In this document: in pieces, positions 24,521 to 38,088 of the stretch | Position numbering within the stretch: position 1 is the stretch's first letter | Layout: each line of letters starts with the position of its first letter | Assembly (NCBI GenBank): GCA_951406725.2 | Contig: OX597835.1 | Coordinates: forward strand, 10,478,001 to 10,542,000 | Length of the DNA: 64,000 nt | Origin: Octopus vulgaris | Lineage: Eukaryota | Reading direction: 5' to 3' | Translations under genes and position numbers: made by a program | Notes under the pieces: generated by a model | Databases searched by the model: none | What the model was told of the DNA's origin: nothing | The model's input: only the letters and a program-made list of their open reading frames with translations

Positions 24521-24816
24521 AATTATGAGAGAGTTACCACTATGTGGATAGCTCTAGTGCTAAAAATAGCTCCGTTCCTAGTAAAGCCACATTACACTTT
24601 CCTTCCGTTAAGTGTAATGTTATTTCTCCTTGGAAACATCTTTTCTGTGGCTTTACTTGGAACGGAGCTATTTTTAGCACTAGAGCTATCCACATAGTGG
24701 TAACTCTCTCATAATTTATGTATAAATTTGTATTATCTCCCTAGTTTCATGTGCTAAGCCACTTGGTGTTAAATTGATGGTATTATTAAATTAATATCAA
24801 ATTTTTCACCCTCATT

Positions 24817-24860
<44 letters not shown>

Positions 24861-25322
24861 CATACATACCATAAAAACCCATGTAATTTATGCACTTTCT
24901 TCGCAAAAACAAAAATAAACTTTGGCAGGTGCATAAATTACACGAGTAGATCATTTCCAGAATTTTTTTAGAAATTTCTTTTTGTTGAAAAATGATGCAC
25001 AAATGTCAACATTTGTACCGGAAGTTGACTCATTTATTGTCAAAGTAGGCTTTTAGAGAAAAAAATATAATGAAGTTGATTTTTATTTATCCTGGATGGT
25101 ATAATGCTCTTTTTTTTTTCCAGTATAAATTTACTAAAACCATTAAATGGTTAACTACTTTTTGAAGTTTGATGTTCATGCTGGTAATCACTATTGGGGC
25201 CATATTTTCCATTGCTTGGAGTTTCTACCTATTGCAATGGAGCCCAGCAATTTCCTTAAATAAATCAGATTTTCTCGCTTAGGAAGTCTAGCTTGCGTTA
25301 ATGTGGAGAAAGCAAGCAATAG

Positions 25323-25353
<31 letters not shown>

Positions 25354-25358
25354 TAAAC

Positions 25359-25389
<31 letters not shown>

Positions 25390-26314
25390 CTATTGCTTGC
25401 TTTCTCCACATTAAGACAATGAAATTCATCCCTGCCAACATTAGCTCTTACTGCATCTAATGCTGATGACAACATCATAATTCATCCTTGCACATGTAAA
25501 CTCACTAAATGAATATGACGTAGTGTTCCTACAGAAACCGTCATTTACCTTATACGATGTTTAATGTCACTTCACATTCATGTTGAATTATTCAGCGATT
25601 TTATGTTCTCTTCATAGAACACTTGTAATGTATGTATTACCAGTTCTTCTGGTATAGTAGATTTTTGCTATTCTTGCTTATGTCTCCTCACAGACGTGTA
25701 TATTCTAACAAGTCGCTTCTTAAATTTTGCATCACTCTTGTTCAATAAACACGGAGTTAGACTTGCAAAGCTGTTTATTTTTCTCCTTTCAATTTTTAGT
25801 GTTTATTTTAGCAGGTTACCAAACTGTCAGTTTGGTCTCCCAGCTAAAACTGTAACGACAAATTTTAAAGTTTGCTCGACATTTCATAAATGTGAAAAGG
25901 ATAAAAATTTCAATACTCCGTATCAAAGGTTCAAACAAGAATGGGCAGAAAATCAGAGCTTGAGACAAGAAGACACTTTTGACTAATCAGAATTCTGTTT
26001 ACATAATCAGTTTGATTGGTCACCTTCCTCTGTCGGTTGAGTAAAGTGTTATTCGAGCTGATGTTTATTGGTAACTAAACTTATTTTTGCAACACTTGTG
26101 CGTATTTATCAGCTTTGGTTTTGTTAATAAGAATTATCAACAACTTTTCCTGTGATCGTGATTTGAGAAGACATACAGAAATATGCTAAAGATCGGATAT
26201 AATCTCTTGTAGGAAAGAAATGTAAAATAAAGTATCCTTTCAATACATCTCGACGCTTCTTAAGCAAACTTTGTTTGTTGACTTTCAACATAAGTTGAAT
26301 TTCATATATATATA

Positions 26315-26603
26315 TCATCATCATCATCATCATCGTTTAACGTCCGCTTTCCACGCTAGCATGGGTTGGACGGTTCGACTGGGGTCTGAGAAGCCAGGAG
26401 GCTGCACCAGACTCCAGTCTGATCTGGCAGTGTTTCTACAGCTGGATGCCCTTCCTAACGCCAACCACTCCGTGAATGTAGTGAGTGCTTTTTACGTGCC
26501 ACCTGCACAGGTGCCAGGTGAGGCTGGCAACGGCCACGATCGTTTGGTGCTTTTTACGTACCACTGGCACGGAGGCCAGTCGAGGCGGTACTGGCAACGG
26601 CCA
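26315..26603 (-). mobile_element. RTE LINE 3'-end fragment
   Basis: Reverse complement of shared 3' UTR, TA-rich flanks. Confidence 0.85.
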
Positions 26604-28493
26604 TGTGTATATATATATATACATATGACATGCCTCTTTCAGTTTCCGTCCACAAAATCCACTCACAAGGCCCTGGTCAGCCCGAGGCTATACCAGAATA
26701 TATATATATTTCATCATCATCATCATTTAATGTCCACTTTCCATGCTGGCATGGGTTGGACGGCATAACATATGAAATAGAGGTGTGTGTGTATTCACTT
26801 TCCACAGAAAAATAGCTTCACCAATTGACTAAGACACTGCAACACCAGTCATTGGGTATGACTCCCTCATGTACAACCTGGTTAGCTGTCTCACTATAAC
26901 CCTTCATCATCCAACACAAGATCTCCTCCTCCAATGCCCCCTCTCTTTTCAAAAGAGATTTTTTTTTATCTTGCAAGTACTTGGTGACCCCGTCAGTGCA
27001 GGTGCCTCTTAAAAGCACCCAGTGCTCACTGTAAAGTGGTTGGCATTAGGAAGGGCATCCACTTGTAAAAATTCTGCCAAAACATAGAAGTCTGGTGCAG
27101 GCTTCTGCCTGGCTGGTGCTTGCCAAACCATCCCACCCATGCCAGCATGGAAAGTGGACATTAAATGATGATGAAGATGATAACAAGAAGGTTCAAGCAT
27201 CAATGAAGATGTTGACAGAGAGGGAGGGTGGATACAAAATAATTATGAAATTAAATTAAATTGACTTCAGTCAAATCAAATCAAGTAAAATTAAATGGGA
27301 TTAGATTAGATTAAATTAAATTAGATTAGATCAAGCTAAGTTAGATTAAGTTAAAAGGATGAGGGGGGAGCAAAAGATGGGTAGATTAACTGTGAGGACA
27401 AAGACACACTTTAACTTATCTCAACATTTTCAACTTGTATGTCTTAAGAACCAGAGAATAGATGTGATGGAGGGAAAATGAAGTTTGAGGGCTTTTCTAT
27501 AATACTAAGCAACCATAGGAGGGTAGGGGTAGGTAGGTAGGTAGGTAGGTAGGTATGTAGGTAGGTAGGCAAGCTGGCAGAAATGTTAGGACGCTGGGCG
27601 AAATGCTTAGCGGTATTTCGTCTGCCATTACGTTGTGAGTTCAAATTCCGCCGAGGTCGACTTTGCCTTTCATCCTTTCGGGGTCGATAAATTAAGTACC
27701 AGTTACGTACTGGGGTCGATGTAATCGACTTAATACCTATGTCTGTCCTTGTTTGTCCCCTCTATGTTTAGCCCCTTGTGGGTAATAAAGAAATAGGTAT
27801 GTAGGTAGGTAGATAAGTATTGTAACGTGCTTTTAATAATAATTCCAGTTGGTCAGATTGTATTGATAGTTAATTCTATACTTCCTGCAGGTGCAAGCCA
27901 TGCTTATATCGTAAGCGTACAGGGTTATGAAAGCAACATCGTTAACAGAGGAGATAGACAATCAAAGATCAAATGAAATTAAACTTAAACGATAAGCAAA
28001 CATCGTTGGCCAAAGACAAAGGAAATACAAGGCAAATTAATTTAAATGATAAGCAAGCATCGATTGAACCGGAGACAAGAGGAAATATGGGGCAATCAAA
28101 AATTAAATGAAATTAAATTTAAATAGTATTAACAAGAAGGTTTAAGCATTAATGAAGATGTTGATGGCGTCAGGGGTGGGATATGAAAGATGCATGAAAT
28201 TAAATTGACTTTGGTTAAATCAAATCAAGTAAAATTAAATGAGATTAGATTAAATTAAGTTAGATTAGATCAAGCTGAGTTAGATTAAGTTAAAAGAATG
28301 AGGCAGCAGCAAAAGATGGATACATTTAATCTGAGGACAAAGATACATTTTAACTTATCTCAATATTTTCAGCTTGGATGTCTTAAGAACCAGCAAATAT
28401 ACCTACCTACCTACCTACCTACCTACCTACCTATTTACCTACATACATACATAAATACATACATAAATACATACATATACATATATATATATG

Positions 28494-28843
28494 TTGGGTC
28501 ATCTCATAAATAATGTGGTTTTTCTCAATTGCATGAACTAAAAGTCGGAAGGGGACAGGATAAACTACCTGCATCAACTGCTATAAAAGCAGGTAGTAAT
28601 TTTACCTCGTGCTTATTCTTAGTGCAAGTTTCGAAGAGTGCAGTTCAATTTTAACTGTTATTGTTTTCAAAACTATAATGGAAGTGACAAAGGAGCATAT
28701 TCGACATATTTTGCTTAAGATGGAAGAGCATTGTAGAAAATGAAGGAGAGTATATTTTAAATCAAAAAAGAACTTTGTTTATCTTAATTTTGAAAAATAA
28801 ACGAAGCATAAGAAAAGCGCACTATTCATGGCATAACCCAGAA
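28494..28843 (+). mobile_element. Internally deleted mariner element
   Basis: Imperfect ~30 bp TIRs (TTGGGTCATCTCATAAATAATG / CACTATTCATGGCATAACCCA); transposase N-terminus MEVTKEHIRHILL from 28678 joined directly to C-terminus RWKSIVENEGEYIL. Confidence 0.82.
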
Positions 28844-29248
28844 TATGTATACATACATATATGTTGGTTCAGTTCCTCTGCGTGTCGTGTTTAGCAAATG
28901 TCCTCTACTATAGCCTCCAATTCCTTCTGAGTGGAATTCCTGACTGACCAATTCCTTCTGAGTGGAATTGGTAGACACTATATGGAAGTTCAGAAACAGT
29001 GAAAAGGTTTGACAAAAGAACACACCCTTCCCTGACCTGAGCTGTTAGTTTCAACTAGTTATTTACTGAATTTCTGAAACATTTACTATTAATACACTGA
29101 CAGTCTATAGTCATCTGGCCTCATGTCACATGGTCAAACACATTTTGCTTTAAACTCACAAAAGTTATTGTAGATGTCTGATTAATATTGCATGTATTTC
29201 TCTGTCAGAATATCCATTTGTTGTCTTCACCTATTATTCCTGAGAGGG

Positions 29249-29666
29249 TTGAACCAATTCTACTATATGGCTCAGAAACCTGGACGTTATCAAAGAAGCT
29301 TGAGAGGCAGTTGGATGGAACCTACACTCGCCTCCTTATGAGAGCTCAAAATCTCTCGTGGAAGCGCCATCCAACCAAAATGCAAATATATGGGAAACTA
29401 CCACCTGTGTCATCTCTTGTGAAAGGTAGAAGAGTCCAGTTTGCTGGACATTGTTGTAGAGCTGAAAATGAGGTAATTTCTACTCTTCTCCTCTGGAAGC
29501 CATCTACTCGCAATACCAGAGGGCGCACGCTCTCCTACCCTGATGTAATCTCCAGGGATACAGGCATCCAGCAACAGGACCTCCATAATGCTATGATGGA
29601 CCGTGAAGTCTGGTGTAGCATAGTAAATTCCATTGTTTCGACCACGGTCAAACAATGATGATGATG
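29249..29666 (+). mobile_element. Second RTE-like LINE family, 3' fragment
   Basis: Encodes PILLYGSETWTL...RRVQFAGHCCR...MMDREVW, the typical post-RT C-terminus; stop codon runs directly into a (TGA)n tail. Confidence 0.88.
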
Positions 29667-31745
29667 TCCTCCTCCCTTGGGTCTAACTGGAAGCAGCATT
29701 CATTAGACTTTCCTACTGGATTCCCAAAGACGACTAACTGAAACTGTGGATTATTACTTAACCATCGTGGTTCTTGGTCTGTCCGTGTGTCTCCTGCCAA
29801 CTGGCTCACCTTAAAGAATTCACCTTTTGATTCTTTCTTGTAATTTAAGTTTTAGGGTACACATCGTTTGTGCTTCCACTCCATGCCTCCCAGAACAAGG
29901 TGGAGGCTGATTGCTGGTTGTACTGGCATTGAGTGAAGACTGCAATATATTTTGTCAACAGACTCCTCTGTCTAATATCTGAATGTTTTCCTTGTTAACC
30001 TGCACATGACGGATGATGCGGTATGCTTTCTCTTTCAAACCCCTTTCAATTTGCAGTTTTTTGGTCGTCTTATTCACTCCAGGCAACAAACTGTGAAGGC
30101 TGCTTCAATACAAACTTTACAAATCTTCTTCATATTGTTTCATTTATTTTGGAAAGTTGCCAGATACATGTTTGTTGTCTCGTTTATTTTGTGGGCTTAA
30201 TTTAATCAAATGAAACAGACAGTAACACCTTGCATCTACAGCTAATTAAATTAATTGTGGAGTTGTTTTTTTTTTTTCTTTTTGTAGTTTGTGCTGTTGC
30301 CTTTCTTTGGCATTTCACTAGCAGTTGGTCTGTCCATTTACTCGGCCATTCTCCAACACATAAAACATTATTATTTATTTTAAAAATACTTTCATTAACA
30401 TATTCTCATTAACATATTCTCATTAACATATTCTCTTAACATATTCTCATTAACATAGTCGCTTCCCTCATTTAACAGTTTTACATGAGCCAATGAAGGA
30501 GTCTCTACACAGACACTTGCCCTGCTAGAAATAACAACCAAGCACTTGCTAATCATGCACCCTGCCATCTAAAATAAGGAATGGCCACATTTGATAATAT
30601 AGTCATAGACATACCATTAAAGATGACAGGATGGTCATGACTGGACTACCTTTGATCGTATGTTAACTGGAACAAGGTTTATACTGAGCTAAATAATCAT
30701 GAAATAGTTCTACCATTATCCATTCCAGAATTAACAATGGCAGTAGAATTGGAAGAACTGTTAGAGTATTGGACAAAATGCTTTGCAGTATTTGTTCCAG
30801 CTCTTTACATCCTGAGTTCAAATCCCACCGAAAATCAACTTTGCCTTTCATCCTTTCAAAAGTACCAGTCATGAACTGGGGTATTGATTTTTAACTACCT
30901 TGTCTTTAAACTTTGTGATCTGATACTGATGTTAGGAATGATTTTCTCTTCCTGGTAACAGGTTTCATTTCAGTTTCCTAAATAACATGTGTTAGCTTTA
31001 TTTAATGTGATTTTCATATCTCGTTAAGTATCAAATGGAATTTCTTTCCTTAATTATTTTAACACATTCCTATCTACCTCTGCTTCTTGGCTATAAAATT
31101 CTTCACCTTATTTTCTCCGTCTTCCAGTTACTTTATTTTCTTTTGATTCCAAAGTTTGCCACATTCATTTTCAACAACCTCACATATTTCGGTGAGTGGA
31201 TCCATTCTTTGATCGGATCATTAACTATTTCTCATGTTAATTCTTAGAGTAATTCCCTCTAGAATTTCTTTCAATTCTTTCATATCTATTCTAGATCTTG
31301 GCATCTTTCTCCCCCCCCCCCCCCATTTACCAATCTTTATTCCATTCCTGCTCTTTCGTCTTTGGATCATTTTGGTGTCAGATCTCTTCTTTCTGCAGAG
31401 CTAATTTAAGCATATTCTTTCAAAAATTCTTAACTTTTTTCCTATTTATCAAAATTTCTGTTGGACCTCTCCTGTTTATTATTTCTTCAGAACCTCTTCT
31501 TGATAATTGAGATTTGCAAATAATAATAATAATAATGATAATTCCTTCTACTAAATGCACTAAGCCTGAAATTTTGGGGGAGCAGGAAAGTCAGTCACAT
31601 CAACCCCAGTACTCTACTGGTATTTAATTTATTGACTCTGAAAGGATGAAAGGCAAAGTTGACCTTGGCAGAATTTGAACTCAGAGCTTAAATATGCAGC
31701 TAAATATTTTGCCTGGTGTGCTAACAATTCTGCTAGCTCACTGCC

Positions 31746-31747
<2 letters not shown>

Positions 31748-31791
<44 letters not shown>

Positions 31792-32097
31792 TAATAGTAA
31801 TAATAATAATAATAATAATGATAATAGTAATAATAATAATAATGATAATAATAATAATAATGGGTATACTGGGCTTTGTATATTTTACCCCAGTGTCACT
31901 TTGATGGCATGCACTGCTCTCTCACTCAATAATAATAATAATAATAAGAATGATAATAATAATAATAATGATAATAATAATTATGATAATAATAATAATA
32001 ATGATAATAATAATAATAATGATAATGATAATAATAATGATAATAATAATAATGATAATAATAATAATGATGATAATAATAATAATAACAATAATAA
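31748..32097. repeat. (AAT/GAT)n microsatellite, interrupted
   Basis: Direct reading. Confidence 0.95.
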
Positions 32098-32762
32098 AAA
32101 AAGATGGTCTACAGCAAAAGTTCTGCTCAGTACCACAGATCTGCTTGTCAGTTGCTTGACCCTAATCAGTTGAGCATGTCTCTTAGGGGTTGACGATATG
32201 TCCAGCTCTGATCATGACCAGGAGTAGTAGGGAAGCATCATAGCCATATGTTGAGAGAAATTCTTTGGGGTTTGAATAATTCACATCTGGAAACATGGGT
32301 TTTTAGTTCATCATCTTTAAACAAACCTTATACAGGGGCCTTTTGAGTGGGATGGGCTAGTCGACCTGGAGAAAATTCTAACTGGGCCCACACCTGCAAG
32401 GTCATATGCTGTTTATCTTGACACAAAGTCAGCATTTGCGTACATATGGTTGTGATGCATCGATCCTGGTATTTTACTGGTACTTAATTTATCGACCCTG
32501 AAAGGATTAAAGGCAAAGATGACCTCTGCAGAATTTGAACTCAGAACATAGTGGAAGACGAAATACCACTAAGCATTTTGCCCTGTGTGCTAACAATTCT
32601 GCCAGCTCAGTGCCTTAGTAATAATAACAATACAAATATTCCTCTTTTATGTGCATTAAATTCTGCTGTTGTTTTTGGTGGTTTAGTGGTTAGAGCATTC
32701 GGTTCATGATCGTAAGGTCACGAGTTCAATCCCTGGCGATGCATTGTGTGGGAAGTGCGATG

Positions 32763-33382
32763 GTGTATGGTTGTGAAATGTGGGCAATGTATAAAGTTTG
32801 TGTGGGAAGTGTGAGGGTGTATGGTCATGAAATGTGGGCAGTGTATAAAGTTTGTGTGGAAAGTGCGAGGGTGTATGGTTGTGAAATGTGGGCAATGTAT
32901 AAAGTTTGTGTTTAAAGTGCTAGGGTGTATGGTCATGAAATGTGGGCTGTGTATAAAGTTTGTGTGGGAAGTGCGAGGGTGTATGGTCATGAAATGTGGG
33001 CAGTATATAAAGTTTGTGTGAGGGTGTATGGTCATGAAATGTGGGCAGTGTATAAAGTTTGTGTGGTAAGTGCGAGGGTGTATGGTTGTGAAATGTGGGC
33101 AATGTATAAAGTTTGTGTGTAAAGTGCTAGGGTGTATGGTCATGAAATGTGGGCAGTGTATAAAGTTTGTGTTTAAAGTGCTAGGGTGTATGGTCATGAA
33201 ATGTGGGAAGTGCGAGGGTGTATGGTTGTGAAATGAGGGCAATGTATAAAGTTTGTGTTTAAAGTGCTAGGGTGTATGGTCATGAAATGTGGGCAGTGTA
33301 TAAAGTTTGTGTGGGAAGTGCTAGGGTGTATGGTTGTGAAATGTGGGCAATGTATAAAGTTTGTGTGTAAAGTGAGGGTGGA
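32763..33382. repeat. 54-bp minisatellite, about 11-12 copies, preceded by a tRNA-like SINE head (32676-32750)
   Basis: Unit GTGTATGGTCATGAAATGTGGGCAGTGTATAAAGTTTGTGTGGGAAGTGCGAGG; gives 18-aa repeats in the ORF track. Confidence 0.92.
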
Positions 33383-34340
33383 TAGATGTGAGATGTGTGT
33401 ATTGAATGTAGAAGATTTATAAATGCTGGAAATAAAAGAGAGAAACATATTCTGGTGGAAGTCTTGTGTTGGTATACATGAATGATGATGTGCAAATGAG
33501 GTGAGAGATGTTGGTGGTTAAAAGAGGAATCAGTTGTAGTGTAGAGGAGAGATGTGAAAAATAGACGTAAAACACTTGCGAAAAAAATATGTCGCTGTAT
33601 AGATAGGGGGAAGAAGAGAGAGAGAGAGAGAGAGAGAAAATGTAAGAGAGAGAGAAAGAAGAGAGACTGTGTAAGAGGGAGAGAGAGGGGCGTTTGTATG
33701 TTTTGTGGTGGCTAACGAAGCTAATTGCAATTTGACAAGGTTTGTGGTGGTTTATAAATCTGAGACCTGAATTCTTTGTTCATAGAAGAGTAAACGAGTT
33801 TATGAAAGAATGGATGTTAATGACTGATAACGACCGAGCCGGTTATTATGCATGACGACAGCAACGATTCTTTTTTTGTGTCAATGTCAATAACGACAAT
33901 GGTTGTCATCGTCGTGATCATTATCATCATCATCATCACCGCTGCTGCCACCACCACCACCACCACAATCATGGACATCATCTCCACCTCCACCACTATC
34001 ATCATCATCATCATCATCGTCATCATTATTGTAATTGCCTGATAATAATGATAGTGATAATGAAGATTGTTTTTAACATTATCAGTATTGCCAGAATGAT
34101 GACGACGATGTTGACGACGATCATCGTCATCACCACCACCTGTGTTCTCATTCCTAAGGTATTTTTCAATGTTATTATTATTATTCAGGCCACTGTCTGG
34201 GATTGAACTCAGAATCTTGGGGTGAGTAGCCCACGCTCTTAACCACTATGCTATATGCCCGTGGGCATATGGCATAGTAGTTAAGAGTGTGGGCTACTAA
34301 CCCCAAGATTCTGAGTTCGATTCCAAGCAGTGACCTGAAC

Positions 34341-34378
<38 letters not shown>

Positions 34379-34436
34379 CAATAATAACATTGAAAATTAC
34401 CTTAGGAATGAGAACCCAGGTTCGAAATTTTCCCAA

Positions 34437-34482
34437 GACACCTGAAGAAGGCTGGAGGGTATATCAACCGAAATGTTGTGTT
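34437..34482 (+). ncRNA. Minimal type I hammerhead-like motif
   Basis: GACAC-CTGAAGA-A-GGCTG(loop)CAACC-GAAA-TGTT-GTGTT; a homologous copy at about 51740-51782 (-) has CAGCC-GAAACGTT. Confidence 0.55.
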
Positions 34483-35939
34483 AACAACAAACAAGATGAG
34501 GACAAATATCCGTCAAATGTAAATAATGTAAATAATGTATATAATTCCTCATCTCTTAAATATAGAACTACTTTCAGTAATGTAATCATAGTTGAAACAA
34601 AGTCGGGTCAGTCATGGTTGGACCATCCTTGACCACAGGTTTCGCTCAATCAGGACTAACCCCTTGGAACAACAACAACTGAAAATATTTATCCAGCCAG
34701 TTTGTATCATATATTTATTTATTTTTCTTTCTACTCTAGGTACAAGGCCCAAAACTTTTTAGATCGACCCCCAGTATACCATTGGTACTTAATTTATCAA
34801 CCCCGAAAAGATGAAAGGCAAAATCGACCTTAGTTTCTGCCATCTCACCATCAGTTCTGACCTCTGACATTATTTGGCTGCACTGGATAATCCTTCCTTC
34901 AGGATGTGGCAGGGTGTGTTTGCCCACTTTAGGGAGATACCTAGCAGATAATCAAGGACCCTTCCATGGTTCTCCAGGCCTCAGCCCAGTGTATTGGTTG
35001 AATCCCCCTCTTGGAGGCCCTCTGCATCTGCCGCATATTTTGGCCCTTACATTTTGTCCCAAGGGTTTTTATTTAGCTCTCCTTTATCTTTTCTTGTTAG
35101 TTATTTCACTCATTGGACTGTGGCCATTCTGGGGCACCACCTTGAAAGGTTTAGTTGGATAAATCAACTCCAGTGTCTTCTTGTTTTTTTGTTTTGTTTT
35201 TAAAGCCTGGTACTTATTCTGTTGTTCTCTTTTGCCAAACTGCTAAGTTATGAAGACATAAACAAACCGACACTGGTCATCAAGCAGAGGTGGGGAACAA
35301 ACACAATGACACACACACACACACATTTATGATGGACTTTCAGTTTCACCCAACAAATCCACTCACATGGCCTTGGTCAACCCAGGGTTATAGTAGAACG
35401 TATTTACCTCATATGCCATGCAGTGGGATTGAACTGAAGACCTCATGGTTGGGAAGTAAGCTTCTTAACCACACAGCCACTCCCGAACAGTTGTCATGCA
35501 ATTAATATTGCACAGCCATCACATCGTATTCCCAATATATTCCTACCCTGTCTCTGGATGTAGATGGTTTGATCATTTGCATCCCAATCTCATGTTCTGG
35601 AGTCATACAGCATCCAGTTCCATTGACATATTGATTGTTTACACTGTCCTCTCATGTTTCATTGTCCACTCGCTATGTCCAGTCAGCATGAAAAGGGACT
35701 GTTTGTAGTCAGGTCTCATGTGTCACTTCTGTGCAACATCATAATCTATTAACATGTGGATTGTTTGCATCCTGTTCTCATGTTCCACTGTCGTACAACA
35801 TCACATCATGCTCCGTCTCCATCTAACATTCCTGTAAAGCCTTGTGGAAGATGCACCGTTTAATTAGGAGTAAACACAGCCCAGTGAACTTTGTATTAAG
35901 AAGAAGAAAAATTATATGTATATAGTACATATAATTACA

Positions 35940-36106
35940 TAGGTGTAGGAGTGGCTGTGTGGTAAGTAGCTTGTTTACCAACCGCATGGTTCCGGGTTCA
36001 GTCCCACTGCGTGGGACCTTGGGCATGTGTCTTCTACTATAGCCTCAGGCCGACCAAAGCCTTGTGAGTGGATTTGGTAGACGGAAACTGAAAGAAGCCC
36101 ATCGTA

Positions 36107-36159
<53 letters not shown>

Positions 36160-36166
36160 ATATGTT

Positions 36167-36205
<39 letters not shown>

Positions 36206-36420
36206 ATGTATGTGTGTGTATATGTTTGTTCCCCCAACATTGCTTGACAACCAATGCTGCTGTGTTTATGTCCCCCGTAACTTAGCGGTTCGGCAAAAGA
36301 GACCGATAGAATAAGTACTAGGCTCACAAAGAATAAGTCCTGGGGTCGATTTACTCGACTAAATGCAATGCTCCAGCATGGCCACAGTCAAATGACTGAA
36401 GCAAGTGAAAAAGGAGTAAA
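35940..36420 (+). mobile_element. ~400 bp tRNA/CORE-like SINE with expanded internal microsatellite
   Basis: Same family; an older minus copy lies at about 35100-35485. Confidence 0.85.
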
Positions 36421-36686
36421 AAAAAAAAGGGTAATGTTACACCCACAGCATTCTCTTGCATATTTTACCATTTTGTAGCATTGGTACCACTAGCTCTAGA
36501 TAGTCATGCTTTGATCACTAACTCAATAATTGACTTGTCAATATACCTCGTCCCCAAATTCTAATATCAGTTTCATAAGATGAAGTGGATCAGGAGAAAA
36601 TCTCACCCCAGGATATACCTGGATAAACAGGGATGATTTTAATATAATGGGTTTGCTTTGAAGTTGGCTACAGCCTGCAACAAGGT

Positions 36687-36925
36687 AGGAGAGTCCAGTT
36701 TGCTGGACATTGTTGTAGAGCTGAAAATGAGGCAATTTCTACTCTTCTCCTCTGGAAGCCATCTACTCGCAATACCAGAGGGCGCACACTCTCCTACCCT
36801 GATGTAATCTCCAGGGATACAGGCATCCAGCAACAGGACTTAGGTAATGCTATGATGGACCGTGAAGTCTGGCGTAGCATGGTAAATTCCATTGTGTCGA
36901 CCACGGTCGAACAATGATGATGATG
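36687..36925 (+). mobile_element. Second RTE-like LINE family, short 3' fragment
   Basis: Matches 29425-29666. Confidence 0.85.
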
Positions 36926-38088
36926 AGCAACAAAAACACATGGTTGAGGTATTTTTACAAGTATATCTTGGTACTGATGATATTCCTCTGAAATACTCCA
37001 ATATTCTGTGATTGTTTTGAAGTAGGAACAGTAGAAATAGAAGGGCGGTAAGCTAGCAGAATTGTTAGCACACCAGGTGAAATGTTTAGCGATATTTTGT
37101 CTACCATTACGTTCTGAGTTCAAACTCCGCCAAGGTCGACTTGGCCTTTCATCCTTTTGGGGTCAATTAAATAAGTACCGGTTACGCACTGAGGTTGATA
37201 TAATCGACTGACTCCGTTTGTCTGTCCTTGTTTGTCCTTTCTGTGTTTAGCCCCTTGTGGGTAGTAAAGAAATAGAAATAGGTATTTCTTCTGCCACTAC
37301 GTTCTGAGTTCAAATTCCGCCAAGGTCAACTTTGCCTTTCATCCTTTTGGGGTCAATTAAATAAGTACCGGTTATGCACCGGGTTGATGTAATCGACTTA
37401 ATCCCCTTGTCTGTCCTTGTTTGTCCACTCTATGTTTAGACCCCTGTAGGCAATAAAGAAATAAATAGTAGAAATAGATTGGTCCAGTTGACATGGTGAT
37501 GCTGTTGGTCTCCAGTTCAAATTCTTTGTTTCATGATGCACTTAGGTAATGCACTTAGGTAATGCACTTAGTTATAGTTAACTGTCAGGAATTGGTCTGA
37601 GATGGATTGGCATTTTGTTTAGAGAATGATTTATGTCTCAACCATTTTGATGTCAAGGAATAGGAGCTAAACACCAGTTGTAAAATCCTTTCAGAATTTA
37701 GAAAGTACAAGGAGGAGCAACCGGCGTTGCTCAGGTATTAAATACTCGGCAATGGTCTTAATAGGTTCTACCATTTTTTTCGTTGTACATCTCTGAATAT
37801 TTTTTGCGTTAAGTTGCAAACATTGACATTGAGTAAGAAGTGATTTTACCCAAGTGGCATTCATTAGTTGAACAACCAAATGCCAGAAGAGGTGCTCAAA
37901 GTTTGGGTAATGGTGGTGGAGGGAAATGTTTACAAATCGCACAATGTCTTGCCATGACAGGCATTTTATCCTATTAGATTGGTGTTGAGAGGATATTGTC
38001 TAATTATGGGGGGGTTGGTGTAAACGGTGAGGACTAAGTGCCATTAGTCATTTTCACGTGCAAAGGAGTGAGTGAGAGTGGAAGGCTG

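Noticed and set aside
25420-26230. Possible decayed transposase on the minus strand
   Set aside because: Multiple stops and no diagnostic motif recognised.
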